Shown here one piece after another: positions 19,185 to 29,337 of a stretch of DNA of 64,000 bases. The stretch's first letter is position 1, and the number at the start of each line of letters is the position of its first letter. The stretch lies in sequence record KJ019142.1; one strand, 5' to 3'. The position numbers were made by a program, and so were the translations under genes. Below the pieces are notes generated by a model. That model worked only from the letters and a program-made list of their open reading frames with translations, ran no database searches and was not told the DNA's origin.

Positions 19185-22100
19185 TTGCCCCTTAATAAGT
19201 TAGAGAATTTCATTAAGAATACGGATGGACGTACTCTGTATGTTAATCCAAACGATCTTAATGCTACTGATAGTATTACAAACCAAGGCACTTCCCTTAC
19301 AGAACCCTTCAGAACTATTCAGAGGGCGTTAATTGAGAGTGCGCGTTTCTCATATGTGCGTGGTGATGATAATGATCTCATCGAGAGAACCACCATCATG
19401 GTGTATCCCGGTGAGCATCCTATCGATAACCGTCCTGGTTTCGGTATTAAGACAGTAGGTAATAGTCCGGTAGCGGTAACTCCTTCAGGTGAATTGATTG
19501 ATCCGTTCCAAGCATTTAACCTGACTGATGCTAGTAACTTTGATATTGAGTCTAGTAATAACGTTCTCTATAGATTTAACAGTATCTACGGTGGTGTTGT
19601 TGTTCCCCGTGGTACTTCTATCGTGGGTATGGACCTACGTAAGACAAAGATTCGTCCGATATATGTTCCCAACCCCACTGATGATTCAGTAGATTACTCA
19701 GCGATCTTCCGTATCACAGGTACTTGCTACTTCTGGCAGTTCACCATCTTCGATGGTAATGAGAATGGTGTAGTATTCACTGATCCAAGAGATTTCTCTG
19801 AGAATAACCAGTCCAGACCCACTTTCTCACACCACAAACTAACAGCATTTGAATACGCTGATGGTGTTAACCCAGCGGTAGAATCAGGGTTTGAACTTAC
19901 TGACCTTGCTATGTATTATAGTAAGTTGTCTAACGCATATAATGAAGCATCTGGTCGTCCTATTGATGAGAAGTATCCATCAGATCCTGGTGGTTTTTCA
20001 CCACAACGTCCTGAGTTTGAGATTGTTGGTGCATTCGCAACTGACCCAATCAATATCACTCGTTTAATCTCTGGTGATGGTTTTGTCCCTGATGCTGTCA
20101 TCACAGTAGATACACAGGTCCCACATGAACTAAACACTGGAACACCAATTAAGATTCGTGGTGTTGCCATCAGTGACTATAATATCTCTACAAAAGTATC
20201 TGCAGTTCTTAGTCCTACTAGGTTTACGTATAACCTATCATTCGTAAGACCTAACCTACCAGCAGAACCTTCAGTATCCTCTGCAACTGTAACCGTTGAG
20301 ACTGATACTGTAACAGGTGCTTCACCATACATCTTTAACTGTTCGATGAGATCAGTTTGGGGTATCAATGGAATGCATGCCGATGGTGCCAAAGCAACTG
20401 GATTCCGTTCCATGGTTGTTGCTCAGTTCACCGCGATCTCCCTTCAAAAAGATGATAGATCCTTCGTTACTTATAATAAACAGGCACGTAGATACGATGG
20501 TATCAATGTCAATAAGACTGTAAGGGGTGCTGAACTATCTGCACAGTCATCTTCTACCAACTCGGCAACTGTATACCACCTAGATCCTGACGCTATCTAT
20601 CGTCCTGACTGGGGTACAACTCACATCAAGATGAGTAATGATGCAGTCATTCAGATTGTGTCTGTATTCGCTATTGGTTTCAATCAACACTTTGCTTCTA
20701 TTGGTGGAGCTGATGCATCAATCACAAACTCTAACTCCAACTTTGGTCAGTTTGCACTGAAAGCTGATGGATTCAAGAATGATGCTTTCCTCAAAGATGA
20801 TAAAGGTTTCCTAACATCATTTGTTTCTCCTAAGAGTGCGTATAACCCAGAAACTGATGATATTGAGATCATTGACTGGATCAACATTGACTTTGATCTA
20901 ACTCGTAGTATTGCCTTTGCTAATCAACTCTATCTAACTGGTTATACTAACGCGGAAGATAAACCACCAGTAGTTAATCAGGGTTTCCGAATTGGTGCCA
21001 ACTACAAAGAGAGTCTCATTCAGAGAACAACAGTTGGTGCTGGTGCAGATGTAACCTCATCAGTAAGAATGTGTGATAATATTCTCGGTCCTGGTAACAA
21101 TCAAGCAACTGGTAGTAGTGTCGCTAGAAAGGTATATCAAGTTCTAGCTGGACCTATCAACAATACCCTTTCATTGGGTGTTCATGGACTACTTAATGGT
21201 GAGAGTGTAAGAGTATTCTCATCAACAGGTGACCTACCTGAGAACCTAGAAAGAGGTGCCCTATACTACGCAAATGTGGTTGATGGTGAGAATATTCGTA
21301 TTGCTACTTCCGAGTCTAATGCACTCAACAACATCTTCCTCAACATCTATGGTGGTGTTGAACTTCGTGTTGAGTCTAGAGTTAATGATAAGGAAGCAGG
21401 TGAAAGAGGTCATCCCGTTCAGTATGACTACACTAACCAGAACTGGTTTGTTCATACTGATGCCAATAGTGATATCTATCAGTATATTGTAGCCAACCCA
21501 ACCTCTACAGATGGTATTGACTTTGTATCCATATTCAAGAGATTTGGTGATAACAGGGCACTAGAAGACAAACTATATCGCCTCAGGTATGTTATTCCTA
21601 AGGAGTCAAGGAACGCAAAACCACCTACCCCTGGTTATGTTCTACAAGCATCAGCAACAACAGGTGCTAGGAATAACGATGACTTTATCCTACAGGATAT
21701 TGGTATCAATGACTATGAATATAACAGAAACCCACGTTATATTGTAAGTTGTACTGTTATTGCTAATGAAGTTGAGGTTCGTAGTGAGATTCCACACAAC
21801 TTGAATGTTGGTGATAAGATTAAAATAGTGAATGTTGCCAGTACAAATAACACTGGCGCATCACAAATCAAAGGTTTCAATGGTGAGTTCCTAGTTACTA
21901 GAGTTATCAACTCTCGTGAGTTTAGGTATGATATTACTGATGTAAATGGTTTTAGTAGAAATCCTGGTACCTTCACCAACAACATCAATGAAAGAAACAT
22001 TCTTCTACCTCGTTATGAGAGAAAGGATCTACAGAGTAATGTATTCGTATATCGTATTGAAACTATCACTGATTTCCTAGAAGGTGAGAGGGATGGTATC

Positions 22101-25052
22101 TACCACTTATTCCTTCTTAATGGTTCTAACCCAGTAACAGAGACATTCACTGATATCCAATACAATCAACCTGTGGAAGATTTATATCCACAGATGGATC
22201 CTGATAACCTTATTCAGAACCCCCCTGCAACCACAACGTTTGCTAAGAGGGCACCCCTAGGTGATGTTACTATTGATGAACAACAGAACTCCATTACTAA
22301 AGAGTCTGTTGATAAAATATACAAGACACTTAATGTTGGTATCATTGAGACTGCTACTGATGGCACTGTTGGTGCTGGTGGAACACGTACAACCACACTA
22401 ACATTCCAAAGAGAGCACGAGTTCAACTCTGTGTATAGTTACACCACACTAGTTGGTGGTGGTGGATATACTGATGGTACTTTCTATGATGTTAAACTAC
22501 TCAGTGAGTTTGGCACAGTATGGGGAGGTGCTTCTGCTGTTGTTACTGTTACTGCTGGTACAGTTACCGCAGTTACTATCATGGATCCTGGTTCAGGTTA
22601 TTCTGCAGGTCAGACACTATTCATCGATGGAACTACAATTGGTGGTGGTACTAACGCTACTATTAGTATTACTCAGGCAGACTTAGAGGATAACAAGCAT
22701 AGTATCCTACAGATTTCTGGTGGTGCTTTGTATAACCTAGATTCATATGTAGTGATGACCAGTGTTGAGGATCAGTCTTCAGTTGGTGTTGCTAGAACTT
22801 CTGGAAGTCCTGCTATTATTCCTGGTATGTACGCATATCCAGCAGATAGTGGAACAGGTATTTCTTCAACTACATATAACTCCGATACAGGTTTAACAAC
22901 ACTAGTATCTACAGGTAGTGCTGGTTTTGGTCTTCAGAGGGGTAACACTTTCGTTGTATTCAGTAGTAACTATAGCTATCTCGGTAAGTTCTTTGTATCT
23001 AATGTTCCAACTCCAGATACATTGGAGTTCTACTCATACCGAGATCTAGGAACTGTATCTATTGTAGGTAAGACAGGTTTAGATGTAAATGATGCTAACA
23101 CTGGTTCCTTAGGTGAGAACGTGGGTGTTAGAGCTACACCACTATATGATAACGGTGTATTCTATCTTGAACAGTCTTCAGGTACTGGAACACAACTAAC
23201 AGTTAGGGCTGAGGATGGTGGTGTGGCTGGTAATGTAGACTCTAAGATGTACCTAGGAAGATACTTCCAAATGGGTTCTGAGATTATCAGAGTTGCTAGT
23301 AAGAACTTTGATGGAGCCAATAACAATATCGTAACTGTTATCCGTGGTGCTCTTGGTACCGTTGTTAGCAACCTTCCCATTAATACTAAGGTGAAGGCAA
23401 TCAGACCTTCCGCACTAGAACTTAGAAGACCTTCTATTCTACGTGCCTCAGGTCACACCTTTGAATATCTTGGTTATGGTCCTGGTAACTATTCCACTTC
23501 ATTACCACAACTACAGGTTAAGCAACTCCCAGATGATGAAATTTACCTAGTACAGGCTCAGGAACTATCCTGTGGTCAGGTTGTTTATACTGGTATGAGT
23601 GATAATGGTGACTTCTATATCGGTAATACCAAGTATTCCGCAACCTCAGGAACACAATCAACCTTTGATGTTCCCATCCCAACTGTTGCTGGTCAACCAG
23701 GTAGTTCTAATAATGTTGTGTTTGATGAAGTTATCATCAACCGTCGTCTATTCGTATCTGGTGGTGAAACTAATGAGGTTCAGTCACAGTTTGATGGTCC
23801 TGTTAAGTTTACCCAGTCTGTTACTATTCAGAACAATCTTTTCGTAACTGGTACAACTCAACTCAATAGAATTGAGATCACCAGTACAGAGAACGCAACC
23901 AGTTCTGCTAATGGTGGAGCACTAACTATCAGAGGTGGTGCTGCTATTGGTAAAGACTTCTATGTTGGTGGTGAAATGTACACCAACGCATATCAAATAG
24001 AAGATACAAGTGCAGTTCTTGAAATTGGTACTAACCAGTCATCTAAGGATATCTCTGTTGGTGGTTCAACTGATACAGATAGAGTTGTTTTTAATACAAC
24101 TAAACTAGCAACAGGTGAAGGTGCTGAAGAGGTAGTTAACGCAGACGCTGGTGTTGTTGTTGAGGGTGGATTAGTTGTTCGTGATGTTATTATCGCGAAA
24201 GAGTTTAGAGGTGCTGGAACTGGTGGTGGTCCTGGTACTATCCTACTCTGGGGTGGTTCTACTAGTGCTCTCCCTGACAGATATCTACTCTGCAACGGAG
24301 CTACTCTCAATAAAAACACATATAACAAACTATTCGAAGCCATTGGTTATATCCATGGTGGTAGTGGTAATAGTTTTAAGTTACCAGATTTGAGAAATAG
24401 GTTTATCCCTGGTGCTGGTAGTTCTTATGCGGTAGCTGCAAAAGGTGGGGATGATTCAGTTGTACTAACTGAAACGCAGATGCCACGCCACACGCACTCA
24501 ACTTCAGCAGTCAACGCACCACATACTCACCCAGTATCGTTTACTAGTGGAGCGGCAAATGCACCACATAAACACCCAGCTGGCACAGGTGGCGGTGGAA
24601 ATCATAACCACCCATCAGGTGGCACAGGTGGTGGTGGTAATCACAATCACCCATCAGGTGGCTCTAACAATACAGGCAACCATGGACACCCGTATAGTGC
24701 TCCGGGGCAATCCAAAACTGATGTTGCTAATTCTAACGAGAAGAATGTAACTAGCAACGTCAATGCCTCAGGTGCAGGAACCGGTGGTGGTGGAGCACAC
24801 TCCCACTCTGTTTCAGTTAACAGTACATCCTCAGCTCATAATCACCCAGTAAGTGTCAACTCTGGATCTTCAGCTCATAATCACCCTGTTAGTGTTAATT
24901 CAGCTAATGCACCACATTCCCACCCAATTAGTGGTAATGCAGGTTCTGCAAACGCACCTCACGTTCACCCAATTGGTAATACTGGTGGTACTGCTTCCTT
25001 TGACAATAGACCCAAATACTACGCTCTCTGCTATATTATCCAATCAGAGTGA
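19185..25052 (+). CDS. Large virion structural / tail-fibre protein with C-terminal tail-collar domain and His-rich needle
   Basis: PLNKLENFIKN...LYVNP N-terminus typical of cyanophage fibres, GGGGY/GSGY repeats, LLCNGA...FKLPDLRNRFIPGAG collar, 11 HxH motifs, NRPKYYALCYII end; TTG start. Confidence 0.85.
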   Translation: MPLNKLENFIKNTDGRTLYVNPNDLNATDSITNQGTSLTEPFRTIQRALIESARFSYVRGDDNDLIERTTIMVYPGEHPIDNRPGFGIKTVGNSPVAVTPSGELIDPFQAFNLTDASNFDIESSNNVLYRFNSIYGGVVVPRGTSIVGMDLRKTKIRPIYVPNPTDDSVDYSAIFRITGTCYFWQFTIFDGNENGVVFTDPRDFSENNQSRPTFSHHKLTAFEYADGVNPAVESGFELTDLAMYYSKLSNAYNEASGRPIDEKYPSDPGGFSPQRPEFEIVGAFATDPINITRLISGDGFVPDAVITVDTQVPHELNTGTPIKIRGVAISDYNISTKVSAVLSPTRFTYNLSFVRPNLPAEPSVSSATVTVETDTVTGASPYIFNCSMRSVWGINGMHADGAKATGFRSMVVAQFTAISLQKDDRSFVTYNKQARRYDGINVNKTVRGAELSAQSSSTNSATVYHLDPDAIYRPDWGTTHIKMSNDAVIQIVSVFAIGFNQHFASIGGADASITNSNSNFGQFALKADGFKNDAFLKDDKGFLTSFVSPKSAYNPETDDIEIIDWINIDFDLTRSIAFANQLYLTGYTNAEDKPPVVNQGFRIGANYKESLIQRTTVGAGADVTSSVRMCDNILGPGNNQATGSSVARKVYQVLAGPINNTLSLGVHGLLNGESVRVFSSTGDLPENLERGALYYANVVDGENIRIATSESNALNNIFLNIYGGVELRVESRVNDKEAGERGHPVQYDYTNQNWFVHTDANSDIYQYIVANPTSTDGIDFVSIFKRFGDNRALEDKLYRLRYVIPKESRNAKPPTPGYVLQASATTGARNNDDFILQDIGINDYEYNRNPRYIVSCTVIANEVEVRSEIPHNLNVGDKIKIVNVASTNNTGASQIKGFNGEFLVTRVINSREFRYDITDVNGFSRNPGTFTNNINERNILLPRYERKDLQSNVFVYRIETITDFLEGERDGIYHLFLLNGSNPVTETFTDIQYNQPVEDLYPQMDPDNLIQNPPATTTFAKRAPLGDVTIDEQQNSITKESVDKIYKTLNVGIIETATDGTVGAGGTRTTTLTFQREHEFNSVYSYTTLVGGGGYTDGTFYDVKLLSEFGTVWGGASAVVTVTAGTVTAVTIMDPGSGYSAGQTLFIDGTTIGGGTNATISITQADLEDNKHSILQISGGALYNLDSYVVMTSVEDQSSVGVARTSGSPAIIPGMYAYPADSGTGISSTTYNSDTGLTTLVSTGSAGFGLQRGNTFVVFSSNYSYLGKFFVSNVPTPDTLEFYSYRDLGTVSIVGKTGLDVNDANTGSLGENVGVRATPLYDNGVFYLEQSSGTGTQLTVRAEDGGVAGNVDSKMYLGRYFQMGSEIIRVASKNFDGANNNIVTVIRGALGTVVSNLPINTKVKAIRPSALELRRPSILRASGHTFEYLGYGPGNYSTSLPQLQVKQLPDDEIYLVQAQELSCGQVVYTGMSDNGDFYIGNTKYSATSGTQSTFDVPIPTVAGQPGSSNNVVFDEVIINRRLFVSGGETNEVQSQFDGPVKFTQSVTIQNNLFVTGTTQLNRIEITSTENATSSANGGALTIRGGAAIGKDFYVGGEMYTNAYQIEDTSAVLEIGTNQSSKDISVGGSTDTDRVVFNTTKLATGEGAEEVVNADAGVVVEGGLVVRDVIIAKEFRGAGTGGGPGTILLWGGSTSALPDRYLLCNGATLNKNTYNKLFEAIGYIHGGSGNSFKLPDLRNRFIPGAGSSYAVAAKGGDDSVVLTETQMPRHTHSTSAVNAPHTHPVSFTSGAANAPHKHPAGTGGGGNHNHPSGGTGGGGNHNHPSGGSNNTGNHGHPYSAPGQSKTDVANSNEKNVTSNVNASGAGTGGGGAHSHSVSVNSTSSAHNHPVSVNSGSSAHNHPVSVNSANAPHSHPISGNAGSANAPHVHPIGNTGGTASFDNRPKYYALCYIIQSE

Positions 25053-25055
25053 TGG

Positions 25056-25063
25056 TATAAATA
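25056..25063 (+). promoter_or_regulatory. Late promoter (702-aa structural gene)
   Basis: TATAAATA. Confidence 0.8.
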
Positions 25064-25094
25064 TCTATAAGGTACTCTAACCATTTTATAGATA

Positions 25095-27203
25095 ATGGCG
25101 AATTTTAATAAGGCGTTTAACTTTAGAGGTGGCTTCCAAGTTGATGAAGACACCTTTTTGGTGCGCGGTTCTAACGTTGGTATTGGATCTTCTGTTCCAT
25201 CAGAACGACTAGATGTTGACGGTGTTATTAAAGCTCGCGGTTTAATTATTGACTCCACTGATGTTGTTGCCATTACTACCGCATATGTTGGTGTTGTAAG
25301 TGCAACTGAGGTTCAATCCGGTATATTCACTGGAACTCCAAAAAATGGTGGTATTGCTACTTACTATGGTGATGGATCACAACTAATCAATCTCCCCACA
25401 TCTCAGTGGGTTGATATTGATGTAGGATTAGGCTTCACTAGTATCTACGCAGCTGGAAATGTTGGTGTTGATACTGTAGATCCTAGGTATAAGTTTCAGG
25501 TTGGTGGAGTTCCTTTCAAAACCAAAACTGGTCCCCTCTTACAAGCACAAGATGGTGTAGGTGTTGAGGATGGTAACATTTATTTCTCTGGTATTGCCTC
25601 TGCCAGATTCAAACCCGGTCTAGAAAAGCAGGGTTTTGTGGGTTATGGTTCATATATTAATACATTAAATGCAGCTGAACTCACCACTGGTGATATTCCT
25701 TCATATGCATATGGTGATCTTATTATCACCGAAGAAATTATAGCACCTAAACTAACAGGTATTGCATCAACTGCTATCGGTGTTACAACTGATGCTCAGT
25801 TATCATTTGATACTGCAGTAGCAAACGAACTTAGAGCAAAGAATAGATTTATCAGTACAGAAGGTTATCTTCAGATTGGTACTGATGAAGATGTTGCTGG
25901 TGTAGGTGATATTGAAGTAGTAAAAGATACAGATAACTCCAACATCTATTCAATATCTAATACTCGAGCACAAATTCTGGTGGGTAATCAGAGACCCGGT
26001 GGATCTAATCGTGGTATTGGTGGAATAAGGAAGGGCACATTTACTAGTGATCCACTCACATCAGCCACTGATGTAGATTTAGTTAACTATGATGTCGGTA
26101 ACCTAAACTTCTATCTTCATAACGGATCTGGTGGTCAGGGTGCAACAACTGGTAAGTTCCGTTGGATATATGGCCAGAGAGATATTTCAGTTATGGAGCT
26201 GGATAAAGATGGTCAATTAGTTCTACCTGATAATGTAGTGGTTACAGGTCCACTCCTAAGTGTTGGTGGAAGTGCATATCTCAAGAATGGTGCTCAGTTA
26301 GATGGTGATCTAAATGTTACATCAGGTATTGGTTCTTTCGCTAATGATGTTAATATCTTTGGAGAACTCAGTGTAGGTAGTATCTCAATATCTGGTGTTG
26401 TTACATTTAGTGGTATTGACACAGATATCCTAACTGTAGGATCAGACACAGTTATTCAATCTGGCATTGCAACCATTGCAAGAATTATGGTTGTTAATGA
26501 TACAACCAATTCAGTAGATATCGATGGTTCTCTTGAGTCATCAACATTAGTAACAACTAACGCTAGTTCTTCCACATTAGTATTCTCACAGAGTTTAACA
26601 GGACCGAATGGTTTCACAGTATCATCTGATGGTGGTTTAACAGCCTCTAGTGTGGATGTAGCAGGTAATATAGGTGCTGGTGGGACTTTTGAAGGTGTTG
26701 ATATTGTTACAAACACCGGAAGCATCAACGACCTCACTGTTAGTGAATTAATCGGATCTAAAGTCGATGTTAGTGAGGTCGAAACTGATAGTCTCAATGT
26801 AGCAAACTCATCCACAGTTAATGACCTAAGTGCTACTAGTATTGAGACCACATCCATTCAGGCAGACACCACTGATTTCAATGCCATGGAAGCAACTGCC
26901 GCAAGTGTGGATAGTTTAGGTTCTAAGAGTGGATCAAAAGTAGATATATCTGATGATCTAGACTTACAGAACAACGATATCGATGGAGTTAATGAGATAA
27001 ACGTTGAGAACCTCAACGCAAACGATAGGGTTTCTAGCTCCTTTGGGCGCTATGGTATTACTAACAACAACTACGTTTCTATTGATTATGGGGACAGAGG
27101 TTTCGGTAGTCAAGATCTTCCAGCTATTACTTTCGAGGTGTTTGATGATAACAACGTTTCCCTAGGACAGACATACTTCAAACTATATACCCCTGTCCCC
27201 TGA
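25095..27203 (+). CDS. Virion structural / fibre-like protein
   Basis: NVGIG...RLDVDG motifs, beta-rich Ser/Thr repeats, TATAAATA late promoter upstream. Confidence 0.7.
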   Translation: MANFNKAFNFRGGFQVDEDTFLVRGSNVGIGSSVPSERLDVDGVIKARGLIIDSTDVVAITTAYVGVVSATEVQSGIFTGTPKNGGIATYYGDGSQLINLPTSQWVDIDVGLGFTSIYAAGNVGVDTVDPRYKFQVGGVPFKTKTGPLLQAQDGVGVEDGNIYFSGIASARFKPGLEKQGFVGYGSYINTLNAAELTTGDIPSYAYGDLIITEEIIAPKLTGIASTAIGVTTDAQLSFDTAVANELRAKNRFISTEGYLQIGTDEDVAGVGDIEVVKDTDNSNIYSISNTRAQILVGNQRPGGSNRGIGGIRKGTFTSDPLTSATDVDLVNYDVGNLNFYLHNGSGGQGATTGKFRWIYGQRDISVMELDKDGQLVLPDNVVVTGPLLSVGGSAYLKNGAQLDGDLNVTSGIGSFANDVNIFGELSVGSISISGVVTFSGIDTDILTVGSDTVIQSGIATIARIMVVNDTTNSVDIDGSLESSTLVTTNASSSTLVFSQSLTGPNGFTVSSDGGLTASSVDVAGNIGAGGTFEGVDIVTNTGSINDLTVSELIGSKVDVSEVETDSLNVANSSTVNDLSATSIETTSIQADTTDFNAMEATAASVDSLGSKSGSKVDISDDLDLQNNDIDGVNEINVENLNANDRVSSSFGRYGITNNNYVSIDYGDRGFGSQDLPAITFEVFDDNNVSLGQTYFKLYTPVP

Positions 27204-27210
27204 AGAATAA

Positions 27211-27269
27211 TGTGACAGTCAACAAACTGGCACAGGGGGGTTGGCGAACCCCCTTTTTTGTGCTATAAT
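27211..27269 (+). promoter_or_regulatory. Cassette 1 (box + TTGGCG-17-TATAAT, hairpin/T-run over -35)
   Basis: TGTGACAGTCAACAAACTGGCACA. Confidence 0.85.
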
Positions 27270-27302
27270 AACAGGGTAGTCAAACAGAGAGGTTAGGTTC
27301 TA

Positions 27303-27653
27303 GTGGGTTTCCTGAAAGCTCTGTTTGCTACTGCCTTGGTGGGTATTGTTGGTGTGGTGTCTCCCGCCGAGGCAAGTGTAGGTGGCAATATGTCTCCAGT
27401 CGTAGAGGGTATGTGTATAAAGTACACACCCTTTGGTGATTTGCCCTGTAAGATTAGAGTATACGATAGTGAAGAACTAGTGTATATTACAGATGGTCAT
27501 AATACTATGACATATACCAAGCACCCATTCATACCATATGCGTGGACAATGTATGTGAATGAACAACGGATATCTAATATGTTATGCTCCCTAGATAAGT
27601 ATAACTTCTCTTGTTTCACCTCAATCCAATTTGTTCCTGATTATGAAAACTAA
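27303..27653 (+). CDS. Hypothetical exported protein (signal peptide)
   Basis: GFLKALFATALVGIVGVVSPAEA; first gene behind cassette promoter 1. Confidence 0.65.
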   Translation: MGFLKALFATALVGIVGVVSPAEASVGGNMSPVVEGMCIKYTPFGDLPCKIRVYDSEELVYITDGHNTMTYTKHPFIPYAWTMYVNEQRISNMLCSLDKYNFSCFTSIQFVPDYEN

Positions 27654-27972
27654 ATCATTGATGCTCACCAGTTTGATGGTGGCAACGATAACCGCAACAC
27701 CTGCTATGGCATACGGATATCGTCAACCATACTATCAACAACCCCCAGTTGTTATTCAACAACCAGCACCTGTTATCATTCAACAACCAAGACCAAGTAC
27801 CCTAGAAACTGTTCTAGGTATTGCAGTTATTGGTGCAGGTTTATACTGGAATAGTCCAGCATATCAGAACGATTATCAATACAATGGACATAGAAACCAT
27901 CATCACAACCAATACCAAGGTGGCAAAACATATGTAATTTGTAATGATTACGGACGGAGGTATTACTGCTGA
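27643..27972 (+). CDS. Hypothetical exported protein, Pro/Gln-rich
   Basis: MKTKSLMLTSLMVATITATPAMA signal, PPVVIQQPAPVIIQQP; start revised to ATG 27643. Confidence 0.65.
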   Translation: MKTKSLMLTSLMVATITATPAMAYGYRQPYYQQPPVVIQQPAPVIIQQPRPSTLETVLGIAVIGAGLYWNSPAYQNDYQYNGHRNHHHNQYQGGKTYVICNDYGRRYYC

Positions 27973-28181
27973 TGGATTTTGTGGCATTTATGATTGATAA
28001 GGAAAACGCCTTATCACTGATACAATCACTTCACGAATCTGCCGATAAGTGTAGTAAAGATGGAAGACGAATTATGGAAGCAAACTATACCAAACTAGCA
28101 GACATGATGATGGAACAATACCTAGTATCAGAGAGTATCCACAGGAAGAGAAAAAGAAATAACGGAGATTATATCGGCTAA
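27972..28181 (+). CDS. Hypothetical protein
   Basis: ORF coupled stop/start on both sides. Confidence 0.55.
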   Translation: MDFVAFMIDKENALSLIQSLHESADKCSKDGRRIMEANYTKLADMMMEQYLVSESIHRKRKRNNGDYIG

Positions 28182-28753
28182 TGATTGACTATCTTACCAT
28201 CCCTAATAGCTTATCAGACAAACTTTGTGACGACATCATTCACAAGTTTGACAGTGATGATAGAGTTGATTATGGTAAAATTAATATGGGAGATGTTGAT
28301 ACTGAGGTCAAAAGATGTAAAGAGTTGTTCATATCAATCCTAGATAACTGGCGAGATCTTGACAATCAGGTATTCAATGCGTCGGTGAAGGGGTTAAGTC
28401 AATACCGTGAGTACATTAATGAGTTATACGATGCCGATTATCTTCTAGGATCAGATAATTCTGATCAAGGTTACCGGGTAAAGAGATACGATATTGGTGA
28501 AGATTACTTTCATTGGCATCATGATCTACGCATAGATGAAAACCGTAGGATGAGATCAGTTGCCTTCATATGGTATCTAAATGATGTGGAAGAGGGTGGT
28601 GAAACAGAATTTAGTAATGGTCTAAAGATACGTCCAGAGAAAGGTAAACTACTTCTATTTCCATCTACATGGAACAACGTACACAGAGGGAATACACCAA
28701 TAAGTAATACGAAGTATGCTATTACTAGTTTCCTCTATTCCTCCTACGATTAG
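28181..28753 (+). CDS. 2OG-Fe(II) oxygenase
   Basis: FHWHHD, WYLNDVEEGGETEF, LLFPSTWNNVHRG. Confidence 0.9.
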   Translation: MIDYLTIPNSLSDKLCDDIIHKFDSDDRVDYGKINMGDVDTEVKRCKELFISILDNWRDLDNQVFNASVKGLSQYREYINELYDADYLLGSDNSDQGYRVKRYDIGEDYFHWHHDLRIDENRRMRSVAFIWYLNDVEEGGETEFSNGLKIRPEKGKLLLFPSTWNNVHRGNTPISNTKYAITSFLYSSYD

Positions 28754-28782
28754 GTGATATATACTAAGTATGGGATACTTCA

Positions 28783-29337
28783 GTGACAAAGGGTTATCGA
28801 ATCAGGGGAGACTTTATTGCAAGTCTCATTAAACAACACGACTGTAAGATTGGTTATGAAATTGGGGTATCCAATGGTGCAACTTTTGGTAAGATCTTAA
28901 AGAAATGTGATAATATTGAGTGGCATGGTGTAGATCCATGGGTTGTATGTTCCGAGTATGATAAACGCCCCAATGGTAAGGGTAAGTGGAATCATGATGC
29001 TAACTATGAGAAAGTTCAGGAGATTGTTAGTAAGTATCCAAATCGTGCATATACCCACCGCATGACCTCTGTAGAGGCTGCAAAGGAGGTAGAGGATAGA
29101 AGTATTGATATTATCTTTATAGACGGTCTGCACACCTACGAGGGGGTGAAGGAAGATCTAGAGGCTTGGGTGCCAAAGATCAAAATAGGTGGTATAATCT
29201 CTGGACATGACTATAAAGGTATGAAGAGACATGAGGGTGTGACTATACGAGTGAATGAAGTATTTGGTGAAGAAAACATTACTACTGGTCCAGATGTGAC
29301 CTGGTGGTTATACAAAACGGAGGAACACGATGACTGA
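28783..29337 (+). CDS. Class I SAM methyltransferase (Methyltransf_24-like)
   Basis: EIGVSNGAT, GVDPW, DIIFIDGLHTYEGVKEDL, GGIISGHDY. Confidence 0.88.
   Translation: MTKGYRIRGDFIASLIKQHDCKIGYEIGVSNGATFGKILKKCDNIEWHGVDPWVVCSEYDKRPNGKGKWNHDANYEKVQEIVSKYPNRAYTHRMTSVEAAKEVEDRSIDIIFIDGLHTYEGVKEDLEAWVPKIKIGGIISGHDYKGMKRHEGVTIRVNEVFGEENITTGPDVTWWLYKTEEHDD

Noticed and set aside
24582-24630. TGGCACA half-sites inside the fibre gene
   Set aside because: They encode (A/G)GT in the Gly/His repeats; no left arm or promoter follows.
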